64,000 nucleotides of DNA from Borreliella garinii (lineage in GTDB: Bacteria; Spirochaetota; Spirochaetia; JABEVK01): NCBI GenBank assembly GCA_020720765.1, contig DYOB01000004.1, positions 945 through 64,944 of the forward strand, written 5' to 3'. Position 1 is the stretch's first letter, and each line of letters begins with the position of its first letter. Of the stretch, positions 1 through 8,585 are shown one piece after another. Below the pieces are notes generated by a model. It saw nothing but the letters and a program-made list of their open reading frames with translations. It had not been told where the DNA came from and did no database searches. A program made the position numbers and the translations under genes.

Positions 1-1
1 C

Positions 2-1519
2 GACCCCTACGGCCATGTGCAAGTCCCCACAGTTGTAAAAATGGGACCGAGAAGTCTAATAGCCCAGGAGCGTGTGAGCTTTGAACGTATCCAGGAAGTT
101 CTGGGCAACAATGCTCCCAGCATCGTCGATTCCGCGGAGTTGGGTTCCCGAGGCGTTATCCAATACAGGTATGCCGCCATGCTGGACGGGAAAGTGACGT
201 GTTTTCAGGACCTCTACCAAGCCGGCGCACCCCCTGAAGAAATTCAGAGCATCCTTGAAAGGGTCTTCCGGCACCAGCTCGGAAGGCTCTACGAAGCCAG
301 CGGCCTGGAGAAAATCAACCTGCTCGCCTACTACGATTTTCAGGCCAAGTACGCCGACGGAGTCGACTCGAGGGTTAAAGCGATCCTGGATGAAACAGGT
401 GAAGGCGCACCTGGTCGCTGCATGGAAACGGAAATACTTCCGGGTTTTTACGCACGAGACCTCGGGAATTTTTACAGGAACGAAGTCGAGGCTATGGCCG
501 AGCAGGGTACCCGCCTCCACCATACGAGCTTCGTCCACGGAGACTTGAACGGGCGAAATATTTTGGTAGACCCACAAGGCAATGTATGGATTATCGACTT
601 TTTCCACACTAATAAAGGCCACGTCATCCGTGATTTGGTAAAACTTGAAAACGACCTGGCGTTTATTTTCACTCCCATCCCTGACCAAGAGCGTTTCCTG
701 GAAGCGGCGAAGCTCAGCGGTCTGCTTTGGAGCCACCCCGACCTTGGAAGGGCTCCCCCTCCCCTTCAGGAAAAAATCCATCCCGACCTCGAGAGGTTTT
801 GGCAAACCCTGCAGACCCTGCGCGGCTACGAGGCCGAACTCATCCGCAGCGACCGAAGCCCCTTCCAGCACCACGTCGCAGCTTTACGTTACGCTGTTCA
901 TACCTTGGGCTTTGAGGAATGTACCCTCTGGCAAAAACGCTGGGCCCTCCACACTGCAGCTGTCCTTGTTCAAAAAATCCGCGCAACACATTCCGGTACC
1001 CAATTGCTCAGGGTGGATAAAATTCCCGGGCCAGGGCCAGGTTTCCTCGGTATAACGATACTCCCGGGACGAAAGGACAGGGACCGAGATATCCTAGTTG
1101 ATCTAAAATCCCTACAATTGGAAAAGACTCAAAGGGTTCTCTGCCTCGTCACAGAAAACGAACTTATTCTCTACGGTGTGGCAAATCTGATCCAGAATTA
1201 CCAAGACCAAGGTTTAAAGGTGATGCACTTGCCCGTAGCCGATGGCGGTGTCCCGACTCTGGATCAGCTCGATGAGGCTTTGAGTTGGCTTCAGGCGGGA
1301 ATCAGTACCGGGGAAAATGCCGTCATCCATTGCGTTGGCGGGCTCGGCAGATCCGGCATCTTCGCCGCCGCCTACCTGATGCGTTATACAGGCTTGAGTT
1401 CCTCCGATGCCATTAAAACTGTCAGAGAAACGCGAAGCCCCCGTGCCGTGGAAAACCAGCTCCAGGAAAAATTCCTTCAAGGACTCGATTCCGAAAAGCC
1501 TCAGCCGCCCAGCTTGTAA
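2..1519 (+). CDS. Protein-kinase-like-fold phosphotransferase (APH/RIO/Kdo-kinase type) fused to a C-terminal Cys-based dual-specificity phosphatase domain; 5' end open to the window edge (partial)
   Basis: The frame is open from nt 2, with no stop before GTG 17 or ATG 41. Catalytic-loop motif HGDLNGRNILVD is followed by IIDFFHT (HxDxxxxN plus metal-binding Asp). The C-terminal ~150 aa carries the PTP signature VIHCVGGLGRSG (HCx5R[ST]) and an upstream acid-loop-like LPVADGGVP. Confidence 0.75.
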   Translation, partial: DPYGHVQVPTVVKMGPRSLIAQERVSFERIQEVLGNNAPSIVDSAELGSRGVIQYRYAAMLDGKVTCFQDLYQAGAPPEEIQSILERVFRHQLGRLYEASGLEKINLLAYYDFQAKYADGVDSRVKAILDETGEGAPGRCMETEILPGFYARDLGNFYRNEVEAMAEQGTRLHHTSFVHGDLNGRNILVDPQGNVWIIDFFHTNKGHVIRDLVKLENDLAFIFTPIPDQERFLEAAKLSGLLWSHPDLGRAPPPLQEKIHPDLERFWQTLQTLRGYEAELIRSDRSPFQHHVAALRYAVHTLGFEECTLWQKRWALHTAAVLVQKIRATHSGTQLLRVDKIPGPGPGFLGITILPGRKDRDRDILVDLKSLQLEKTQRVLCLVTENELILYGVANLIQNYQDQGLKVMHLPVADGGVPTLDQLDEALSWLQAGISTGENAVIHCVGGLGRSGIFAAAYLMRYTGLSSSDAIKTVRETRSPRAVENQLQEKFLQGLDSEKPQPPSL

Positions 1520-2889
1520 ATGCGGGTTGCGCAGTGGGATATTTCGTCGGGATAGTGGGAAATCACAACTAGTGAAAAGCCTAGTTCTCCCTGAAGCCGG
1601 AAAACAAGATCCCAGAGTTCTTCCCGCGCAGAAGCGTGGAGGTTCACAAAAGGTTCATCGAGTATTAGAAGTCTGGGTTCGGTGACTAGGGCACGAGCGA
1701 GTGCGAGCCTTTTGCGCATACCTCCGCTCATGGCGTCCGGAAAAATTCCGGGCTCGCAGAGCCCCACCAAGTCGAGGGCTTCAAGGGCCTTTATGCGCCA
1801 CTCCGGATCCTTGGATTCCCATAGCGGGAGCGCGGTATTCCCCAGAGCGTCGCGGTGGGAAAGAAGGCCGTCGTCCTGGAACACGATAACCGCCCGGCTG
1901 TCAACGTTGACCAAGCCTTCCTGCGGAAGGACCAAGCCCGAAATGATTTTTGCCAGCGTAGTTTTTCCAGTCCCGGAGTCACCGGTCACCAGGAGGATTT
2001 CTCCTGGAGAGATTTCAAGATCCATAGATTCCAGGATTTTTTTATCCCCGTAGGAAAAAGTGACATTCTCCAACCTGAAGGTACCACCGGTTTTTGTTAT
2101 GGTGGGTGAGGAGTCACTGCAGGAAAATTTGGAATCTTCAATTTTTGCCAAGGGTTTTTTCTCGGGAAACCAACCGTCGGATAAACCTTTCATCACAACA
2201 CCCAAGAGAAGAATAAAACACACGAAGGCCAGGCTGTCGGCGTAAAATGACGGCATATCGAAAAGGGCGTAGGAAGTCTGGATGCGCCTTCCCAGACCGT
2301 TGCGGGCTCCAAACCATTCACCGATAAGGGAACTTTTTACAGCCAGTGCAAATCCCACCATCATGGCGGGTCTGAGACTCGACGAGAGAGCTGGCCTGTA
2401 CATTTCTGCAAACCTCAACCGGAGGCTCGGGGCGTAGACCTTAAAGACATCAGTGAGGGCTTGCGGGATGGCGTGTCTGGTAGAATAGGCCTGAAAATAG
2501 ATCAGGGGAAGGGTGACAATGAAACTTACCGCCGCTGGAGCTCCTCCTCCGGATCCGAACACCAGGATAAAGGGAATACTCCAGATGATCGCCGGAGTAG
2601 CCTGCAATGTTAGCATTGCAAAGGACACACCTTGATGGGACGCTTTGGGTCTACCCGCCCAGAGTCCTGCCCCCAGTCCCAGACCCAGTGCAACGAGAAA
2701 ACCCAAAACGGCTCGAACCAGGGTCAGCCCGAGGTCCAACCAAAATTCCGGTAATGAAAACGACACAAGGGTGCGCAGAAAAGTTGTCCAGGGGAAGGGT
2801 ACAAGACCTTCCCCCCAAATAAGTGAGGCTGTAGTCCATAGGGTTAGTGGAAATACAAGCCCGAGAACAATACCCGTTAAACGCTTCAA
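1501..2889 (-). CDS. ABC transporter with permease (TauC/SsuC-type) and ATP-binding domains fused in one polypeptide
   Basis: The N-terminal ~255 aa is hydrophobic and multi-pass. The C-terminal NBD has Walker A GDSGTGKT, signature MSGGMRKRLALARAL and Walker B LLILDEPF. The TTG start overlaps the stop of the upstream binding-protein gene. Confidence 0.85.
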   Translation of the reverse strand: MKRLTGIVLGLVFPLTLWTTASLIWGEGLVPFPWTTFLRTLVSFSLPEFWLDLGLTLVRAVLGFLVALGLGLGAGLWAGRPKASHQGVSFAMLTLQATPAIIWSIPFILVFGSGGGAPAAVSFIVTLPLIYFQAYSTRHAIPQALTDVFKVYAPSLRLRFAEMYRPALSSSLRPAMMVGFALAVKSSLIGEWFGARNGLGRRIQTSYALFDMPSFYADSLAFVCFILLLGVVMKGLSDGWFPEKKPLAKIEDSKFSCSDSSPTITKTGGTFRLENVTFSYGDKKILESMDLEISPGEILLVTGDSGTGKTTLAKIISGLVLPQEGLVNVDSRAVIVFQDDGLLSHRDALGNTALPLWESKDPEWRIKALEALDLVGLCEPGIFPDAMSGGMRKRLALARALVTEPRLLILDEPFVNLHASAREELWDLVFRLQGELGFSLVVISHYPDEISHCATRIYKLGG

Positions 2890-3806
2890 GGAAGGAAAAA
2901 ATCCTCCGTTAGAACAAAGCCGTCGCCGAGAAGGTTATGGTAGTGATTGATAAGCCGTAATTGGTCCCCGAGACCGGGCAAATCGAAAAGGGTTTGGTCC
3001 AAGGCCGCCCGGGCAAGTTCTAAAGTAACACCAAGTATCGGAGCTACCTTAGAGAGGGTCTCTTCAGAAACATTTTTCAGAAGGTTAATCTGTGCGGCTA
3101 GAACCTTTCGTATCTCCTCCAAGAGATTCGCCTTAGCAACGCTGTCAGAAGACCTGACAAAGATCCCGACCTGGGGAGACCTTGGGTCGCCGGTAAATTC
3201 ATCCCACAATTCGGCGAAGGAAAAGAGTACCCTTGCCTGGTTTTGGAGCCGCAGCTTGGACGCAAGGGGTTCGGGCACGGCGATGGCGTCAGCCTGCCCA
3301 CGCAGGAGCATGGGGATCATCTGCGTGATAGGCGCATAGCCGAGGGCAACCTTATCCACCATGTTCTGGTCTTTCAGAAAAAAGAGAAACTGAAGTTCCA
3401 GGGGGGAACCTTTAAAAGGAACAAGGATGGTTTTACCATTAAGATCGTTGAGGGTCTTCAAACTCGGATCAATGACCATAAGGCTTGATACTCCCCAGAC
3501 CGGCATGGCAAAAAGCCGAAGACTATTATCAGCCTGCCAGCGCCCCAAGCCGAGTTGGTACCCGGTCATCAAAAGGTCGTATTTTCCACTGATGAACTCG
3601 GCCATCGCCAGGGGATGGTCGTCGTAGAGTTCGACTTTGACCTGGTATCCTGCTACTACCATCCCTTCCATCATCATGACGGGGACGCTGCTTGTAGTCC
3701 TGGGTGCAGCGATCACAAAGTTGCGTTTTTCAGCATCGTTTTGCCCGGATGCGGAAAGTGAGGCTGAAATCAAGCATAAAGAGACAAAGAATAAAATTTT
3801 TTTCAA
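2886..3806 (-). CDS. ABC transporter substrate-binding protein, NMT1/SsuA/TauA-like
   Basis: A strong SD (GGAGGAG) lies 6 nt upstream of TTG at 3806 and gives the signal peptide MKKILFFVSLCLISASLSASG. The longer ORF to 3851 has no SD. Overall resemblance is to nitrate/sulfonate/taurine-type binding proteins. It is coupled to the fused permease-ATPase gene. Confidence 0.7.
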   Translation of the reverse strand: MKKILFFVSLCLISASLSASGQNDAEKRNFVIAAPRTTSSVPVMMMEGMVVAGYQVKVELYDDHPLAMAEFISGKYDLLMTGYQLGLGRWQADNSLRLFAMPVWGVSSLMVIDPSLKTLNDLNGKTILVPFKGSPLELQFLFFLKDQNMVDKVALGYAPITQMIPMLLRGQADAIAVPEPLASKLRLQNQARVLFSFAELWDEFTGDPRSPQVGIFVRSSDSVAKANLLEEIRKVLAAQINLLKNVSEETLSKVAPILGVTLELARAALDQTLFDLPGLGDQLRLINHYHNLLGDGFVLTEDFFLP

Positions 3807-3844
3807 GCGTTTCTCCTCCTTCAGGGTACCCAATTCTGAAAGTT

Positions 3845-3874
3845 TTGTCAAAAATGCAGAAATGGGTTTAGAAT
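3845..3874 (+). promoter_or_regulatory. Putative sigma70-type promoter for the MoxR-like gene; predicts a leaderless transcript
   Basis: TTGTCA (3845-3850), 18 nt spacer, TAGAAT (3869-3874), 6 nt, then ATG 3881. No SD in between. Confidence 0.45.
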
Positions 3875-3880
3875 ATCAGC

Positions 3881-4831
3881 ATGACAATTACAGAACTTAA
3901 ACACAGCCTGCACACCTCACTCGGAAGCGTCTTCTACGGCACCGAATATACAACGGACTACCTGGTCATTCTTCTGATTCTCGGAGGACACGGTTTGGTC
4001 GAGGATGTTCCAGGTACCGGCAAGACCCTCCTTGTGAAAGCCCTTGCCAAACTCACCGGACTTGAAACCCGGAGGGTCCAGGGAACTCCCGACCTTGCTC
4101 CAGGCGACATCCTTGGATACGCCCAGTTTCAACCCTCCACCGGCGCACTTGAATACAAAGAAGGCCCTATTCAAACAAACATCCTTCTAATAGACGAGAT
4201 CAACCGTGCGCCTCCACGCACACAGAGCGCCCTCCTCCAAGCCATGGCGGAAGGTTCTATCATGCGCATGGGTGAAACCCACCAGCTTCCTAATCCCTTT
4301 ATGGTCTTGGCCACCGAAAATCCTGTTGATTTCGAGGGAACCTTCCCCCTGCCTGAAGCCCAGCGCGATCGATTTCTGCTGAGTTTCAGCCTGGGTTACC
4401 CACTTCGGGAACAGGAACTGAAGATTATGACGATGCCCGAACCCGAGTCGGCCATTGATTCCCTCAAACCCGTTATGGGGGCCCAGCACATCCTGGCCTT
4501 AAGGGGGCAGCTTGAAAAAATCCATTGCGACACCAAGATCATGCATTGGATACGCGACTTGGCGGAAGGTTCCAGGTTTGACGCCAACCTTAGTCTCGGC
4601 ATATCACCCAGAGGGAGCAGGGCACTCTACCGTGCAAGCCTCGCAAAGGCTCTACTTTCGGGGAGGACCTTCGTCATCCCCGAAGATGTAAAATCCCTTC
4701 TTGTTCCTGTCTGCAGGGGGCGTATAGTTCTTAAACCAGGCGCATTGGCCAGAGGCATGACCCACGAACAGGTCCTGGAGAATCTAGTCGGTCAGGTAGC
4801 AACCCCTGCTCTGAGGGAGGAAACAACCTGA
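3881..4831 (+). CDS. MoxR-like AAA+ ATPase
   Basis: Walker A VPGTGKT, Walker B LLIDEINRA, and the MoxR-typical PPRTQSALLQAMAE segment. Followed by a DUF58 gene, as in canonical MoxR operons. Confidence 0.9.
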   Translation: MTITELKHSLHTSLGSVFYGTEYTTDYLVILLILGGHGLVEDVPGTGKTLLVKALAKLTGLETRRVQGTPDLAPGDILGYAQFQPSTGALEYKEGPIQTNILLIDEINRAPPRTQSALLQAMAEGSIMRMGETHQLPNPFMVLATENPVDFEGTFPLPEAQRDRFLLSFSLGYPLREQELKIMTMPEPESAIDSLKPVMGAQHILALRGQLEKIHCDTKIMHWIRDLAEGSRFDANLSLGISPRGSRALYRASLAKALLSGRTFVIPEDVKSLLVPVCRGRIVLKPGALARGMTHEQVLENLVGQVATPALREETT

Positions 4832-4851
4832 ACTACGTTCTGACAGGGGTT

Positions 4852-5958
4852 TTGTTGATTTCTTCCTTTCTTATCCCTGATTCCAATGGGCGTCTAGTAG
4901 CGTTCCTTCTCTTTTCTATCTACTTATTTTCCCTTGTCTATTCACTCGTCCTTTTCGTATCGATCCGTGTTAAGGGGACCAATGTGGCCCTGAGGGTTTG
5001 GCCGGGTGAATGGGTTACAGCAAGGTGGTTTATCAGAAACTTAGGATTCCTTCCAGCTCCAGTACTTTATTTATCCGACACAGCCGGTGGAATGGAAGTT
5101 CTCGGCTCCCTTACTAAAAGCTTCGGGATTGGACCGCGTCAGACCCTGGTTTTCGAGTACAAGTTCCGGCCCAGAACACGCGGCCTCCAATTCCACGGCC
5201 CCATGACTATGAAGTTTTACGACCCTTTGGGACTTTTCCCCATGACCAGGCCCCTTACCGGAAGACGCTCCATCCTCGTCTATCCTTTTTTAAGTTTTGA
5301 TTTCCCTCCCTTGAAAGCGCCAGGGGCAAACGGAGGACTTCGAACCCGATGGTCCATCATGACCGATAACGACCGAATCAGGGGGTGGAAGGAGTACGAA
5401 GCTGGAGATGAATTGAGGAACCTCGACCCTTACCTCAGTGCGAGGTTCTCCCACCCTATGATCCGTCTCTTGGAATCAACTCTGAGACGGAGGCTTTGGG
5501 TTCTTATAGACTGGACCAAAGAAAGCTATCCTTTCAGGGGAAGGTCCGCCTTTAGAGAGAATGCGGTCAGTCTAGCTGCCGGCCTACTTTATAAAAACTG
5601 GAGCCAGGGCCAGGCAGGTGGCCTGGTTGCGATAGGAGCGTCCGGCCTTTCATTGTCCAGGTTTCCTCCTGCTGCAGGGATAGAGCACCTCGTGAATATA
5701 ATGGAAGTCTTAGCAGAACTTCAAGATACCCAAATCCTCAACAGCGAGGAAGACCAAACCACATGGCTTTGGTCCCAATTGCGCCATGGGGACCTTCTTG
5801 TAAGCATCGGTCCCCCGCCGACAAAACAGAGGGAGTCAGAACTCTTCGCCGCACGGCGCAGGGGAATCGAAACGGTACTGATTGTTCTAGGCACTTCACG
5901 CCTTTTCTATGGAGCAGACTCAAGACTGGGTGTCCACTTGGTGGAGGGCCTCGAATGA
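4852..5958 (+). CDS. DUF58 family protein (vWA-like partner of MoxR)
   Basis: N-terminal TM helices and the DUF58 hallmark KEYEAGDELRNLD...LIDWT. Lies immediately downstream of the MoxR-like gene. The start is a TTG and is uncertain. Confidence 0.75.
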   Translation: MLISSFLIPDSNGRLVAFLLFSIYLFSLVYSLVLFVSIRVKGTNVALRVWPGEWVTARWFIRNLGFLPAPVLYLSDTAGGMEVLGSLTKSFGIGPRQTLVFEYKFRPRTRGLQFHGPMTMKFYDPLGLFPMTRPLTGRRSILVYPFLSFDFPPLKAPGANGGLRTRWSIMTDNDRIRGWKEYEAGDELRNLDPYLSARFSHPMIRLLESTLRRRLWVLIDWTKESYPFRGRSAFRENAVSLAAGLLYKNWSQGQAGGLVAIGASGLSLSRFPPAAGIEHLVNIMEVLAELQDTQILNSEEDQTTWLWSQLRHGDLLVSIGPPPTKQRESELFAARRRGIETVLIVLGTSRLFYGADSRLGVHLVEGLE

Positions 5959-7400
5959 GAATCTTCCGCGCTCCCCACCCCCCTCAGGGAAGCCACTTTC
6001 TCCAATCTTTACTTCTTCCCTTGACGTACACTTCGTTTTCAGCCTTAACCGTTCACTTGTATTTTCCTCTTCCTCCAGGAATTTTTATTCAGCTCCCTAT
6101 CTTGGCCCTCTTGGCAACAATCATGGCCTCCATGACAAGGCGGCGCCGCCAACAGAGGTGGGTAACAGCCTACCTTTGGGTTATAAGCATCATTGTCCTT
6201 TATCTTCTTTGCGGACTTGTTTACACTGGATCACTTGCCCTCAACCCCATCCTTTTATTGACCTGGGCCCTCAGTATCCTGCAAACCGCTACAAGTTCCT
6301 GGTTCACCCACCAGCTCACCGGACGCGCCAGACTCTGGTACCACTTGAGGGGCCTGGTAGGGGAAGAGTTGAGAAACCACGCCCGTGACTTTCAGGAGGA
6401 GGCAAACTTCACCCAGGCAAACCAGAGTAAACTTACGGGTTTTTTCAGGGTTATGACTCTTTGGGTTTCACTGAGTCTTGTTTTTTTATGGGGAACAAGC
6501 TGGTATTATCTTATTCCTATACCTTTAATTCTTCAAATCAATTTCGAAGCCCTTTACCGCTTTTACAGAACGGAAATGGAACTCTTTAGCCTTGGACACA
6601 GGTTTCTCTTAGGCTGGACTGTTGGAAGGATTATCACAGCCCTGTTTTTATCCTTTGCGGCTCTTGGGCTTTCCTTGTATTTAGCAGGGCATCTGCCCTA
6701 CTTTTCTTGGGGAGGAACTTCAAAGGAACTACCACCTGCTGAGATTCCCCCCCAACCCTTGCCTTCACTTCAAACTCAACCATTGAACATCATGGACTTT
6801 ATTCCTTCGTGGTTCAAACCGATGGATAATGGAGTTATTGTATGGCTTGGAAACCTCTTTCGGCAAATTTCCTTTATCCTCGTCCCAATTTTTCTTGCTC
6901 TCCTGATTTTAGTTCCAGCTTGGCTTATTCTGAGAGGGATTCGCCTAAAACCCCGTGCTTTCAGGCTCTTTTTCGTCCGCCGCTGGTACGCCCTTATCAA
7001 TTTTTTCCGTGTTTTTTGGGCCCTCTTAAGGCGGAAGCCCCCGCCCATTCCCCTCTCAGTGGAGATGACTAATAGGGAAATCTGGCTTGCTGAGAACAAG
7101 ACTGAACCCGCCAAAGGAAGAAAAAAAAGCTCGAATCACCCTCTGATCAAGGATTTTCTCCTCCTCCTCGACCTTGGGGAAGAACTAAAGGTTCCTTATA
7201 GGCGCGGGTCTACGACGAACGAATACCTGACTCTGCTAGCGGAGAAGCTTTCCGAGGTCCAACAGCCTATCTCAAGGCTAAGCAATCTTTTAGACGCCGG
7301 TTTCTTCCGGAAAACCCCGCTTTCGTTCGATGAAAAAAAGCTCTGGCATAGAATCCTTCCCGGTGTTCTTGACGCAGGAAGGAAAGCCCGTCATAATTAA
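5955..7400 (+). CDS. Polytopic membrane protein with a C-terminal DUF4129-like region
   Basis: ATG 5955 overlaps the DUF58 stop (ATGA). Many hydrophobic helices. The C-terminal segment YRRGSTTNEYLTLLAEKL resembles the DUF4129 motif often found third in MoxR-DUF58 operons. No transglutaminase Cys-His-Asp core is seen. Confidence 0.6.
   Translation: MRIFRAPHPPQGSHFLQSLLLPLTYTSFSALTVHLYFPLPPGIFIQLPILALLATIMASMTRRRRQQRWVTAYLWVISIIVLYLLCGLVYTGSLALNPILLLTWALSILQTATSSWFTHQLTGRARLWYHLRGLVGEELRNHARDFQEEANFTQANQSKLTGFFRVMTLWVSLSLVFLWGTSWYYLIPIPLILQINFEALYRFYRTEMELFSLGHRFLLGWTVGRIITALFLSFAALGLSLYLAGHLPYFSWGGTSKELPPAEIPPQPLPSLQTQPLNIMDFIPSWFKPMDNGVIVWLGNLFRQISFILVPIFLALLILVPAWLILRGIRLKPRAFRLFFVRRWYALINFFRVFWALLRRKPPPIPLSVEMTNREIWLAENKTEPAKGRKKSSNHPLIKDFLLLLDLGEELKVPYRRGSTTNEYLTLLAEKLSEVQQPISRLSNLLDAGFFRKTPLSFDEKKLWHRILPGVLDAGRKARHN
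7369..7397 (+). promoter_or_regulatory. Putative internal promoter for fabV inside the 3' end of the upstream gene; predicts a leaderless transcript
   Basis: TTGACG (7369-7374), 17 nt spacer, CATAAT (7392-7397), 6 nt, then ATG 7404. Confidence 0.45.
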
Positions 7401-7403
7401 ACC

Positions 7404-8585
7404 ATGATCATTGAACCAAAAATCCGCAGTAGTATATGTATTTCTTCCCACCCTGTAGGGTGCGCCAAGGAAGTCGAACGCCAGATTAACTACGTTAAGG
7501 CCAAGGGTCCATTGCAAGGTCCCAAAAATGTCCTCGTCGTTGGATCTTCAACGGGCTACGGGCTTGCCAGCCGGATAGCGGCAGCCTTCGGGTCCGGCGC
7601 TGTAACGCTGGGGGTGAGTTATGAAAAAGCGGGGTCGCACAAAGGTCCCGGCACAGCCGGTTTTTACAACACGCTGGCTTTTGATCATTTTGCCGAAAAA
7701 GCCGGGCTAAAATCCTTCAGCATCAACGGTGACGCCTTCAGTACGGACATAAAAACCCAAGTTGCGGAGTGGATAGCGGCCAACATGGGGAAAATTGACC
7801 TTCTCGTCTACAGCCTTGCCTCTCCTGTCCGTACCGACCCGGTCACAGGCATCCAACACCGCTCGGCGCTCAAACCCATCGGAGCTGATTTCACGGCTAA
7901 AAGCGTTGATCCCTTCTCGGGTGTTTTTACGGAAAATACCATAGCCGCCGCCGTCGAAGGCGATGTGGAAGCGACTGTCAAGGTTATGGGTGGTGAAGAC
8001 TGGGAGTTATGGGCAGAATTTATGAAAGAAAGGGGTCTCCTTTCCGAGGGATTTCTTACAGTTGCCTACAGTTATATCGGCCCTGAGGTCACCCAGGCTA
8101 TTTACCGTAACGGTACCATCGGTAAGGCTAAGGAACACCTCGAGGCTACCGCCCACGGCCTTACCCAAAAGTTGGCATCTGTAAAAGGCCGGGCTCTCAT
8201 CAGCGTCAATAAAGCCCTTGTCACAAGGGCAAGTGCCGTCATTCCTGTGGTCAGCCTCTATGTCTCGGTTCTTTATAAAATTATGAAATCCCACAAAATC
8301 CACGAGGCCTGCATAGAACAGATCGACAGGCTCTTTAGAACCCGTCTCTATACCGGTCAGGCCATACCCGTGGATGAAACTGGAATGGTACGACTGGACG
8401 ACTGGGAAATGCGGTCTGAAATTCAAGCCGAGGTCACAGCAATTTGGAATAAAATAGGACCGGAAACCGTCGACTCTCTGACAGACCTTGAAGGTTTTCG
8501 GCAAGAATTCCTCCAAATGCACGGGTTCAGCGTCCCTGGTGTGGATTACAGCGTGGAAGTCGACCCCGAGAAGCTCAATATTTGA
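7404..8585 (+). CDS. fabV: Trans-2-enoyl-CoA/ACP reductase (FabV/TER family)
   Basis: The N-terminus MIIEPKIRSSICISSHPVGCAKEV is typical of FabV/TER. NAD-binding GSSTGYGLASRIA. Length about 393 aa. Confidence 0.9.
   Translation: MIIEPKIRSSICISSHPVGCAKEVERQINYVKAKGPLQGPKNVLVVGSSTGYGLASRIAAAFGSGAVTLGVSYEKAGSHKGPGTAGFYNTLAFDHFAEKAGLKSFSINGDAFSTDIKTQVAEWIAANMGKIDLLVYSLASPVRTDPVTGIQHRSALKPIGADFTAKSVDPFSGVFTENTIAAAVEGDVEATVKVMGGEDWELWAEFMKERGLLSEGFLTVAYSYIGPEVTQAIYRNGTIGKAKEHLEATAHGLTQKLASVKGRALISVNKALVTRASAVIPVVSLYVSVLYKIMKSHKIHEACIEQIDRLFRTRLYTGQAIPVDETGMVRLDDWEMRSEIQAEVTAIWNKIGPETVDSLTDLEGFRQEFLQMHGFSVPGVDYSVEVDPEKLNI

Noticed and set aside
3807-3851. Longer TTG start (3851) for the ABC binding-protein gene
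   Set aside because: The longer start lacks an SD and adds 15 residues before the signal peptide. TTG 3806 follows a GGAGGAG SD, and the 3846-3851 bases read as a -35 element.
3807-3880. Possible TPP or other riboswitch upstream of the NMT1/THI5-like binding-protein gene
   Set aside because: Only 74 nt are shared with the divergent MoxR promoter, and the predicted leader is about 16 nt. This is too short for a riboswitch aptamer.
5763-5954. N-terminal 64-codon extension of the ORF 5763-7400, overlapping the DUF58 gene
   Set aside because: The extension lies entirely inside the DUF58 coding region in another frame. ATG 5955 forms an ATGA overlap with the DUF58 stop, and the hydrophobic protein starts there.
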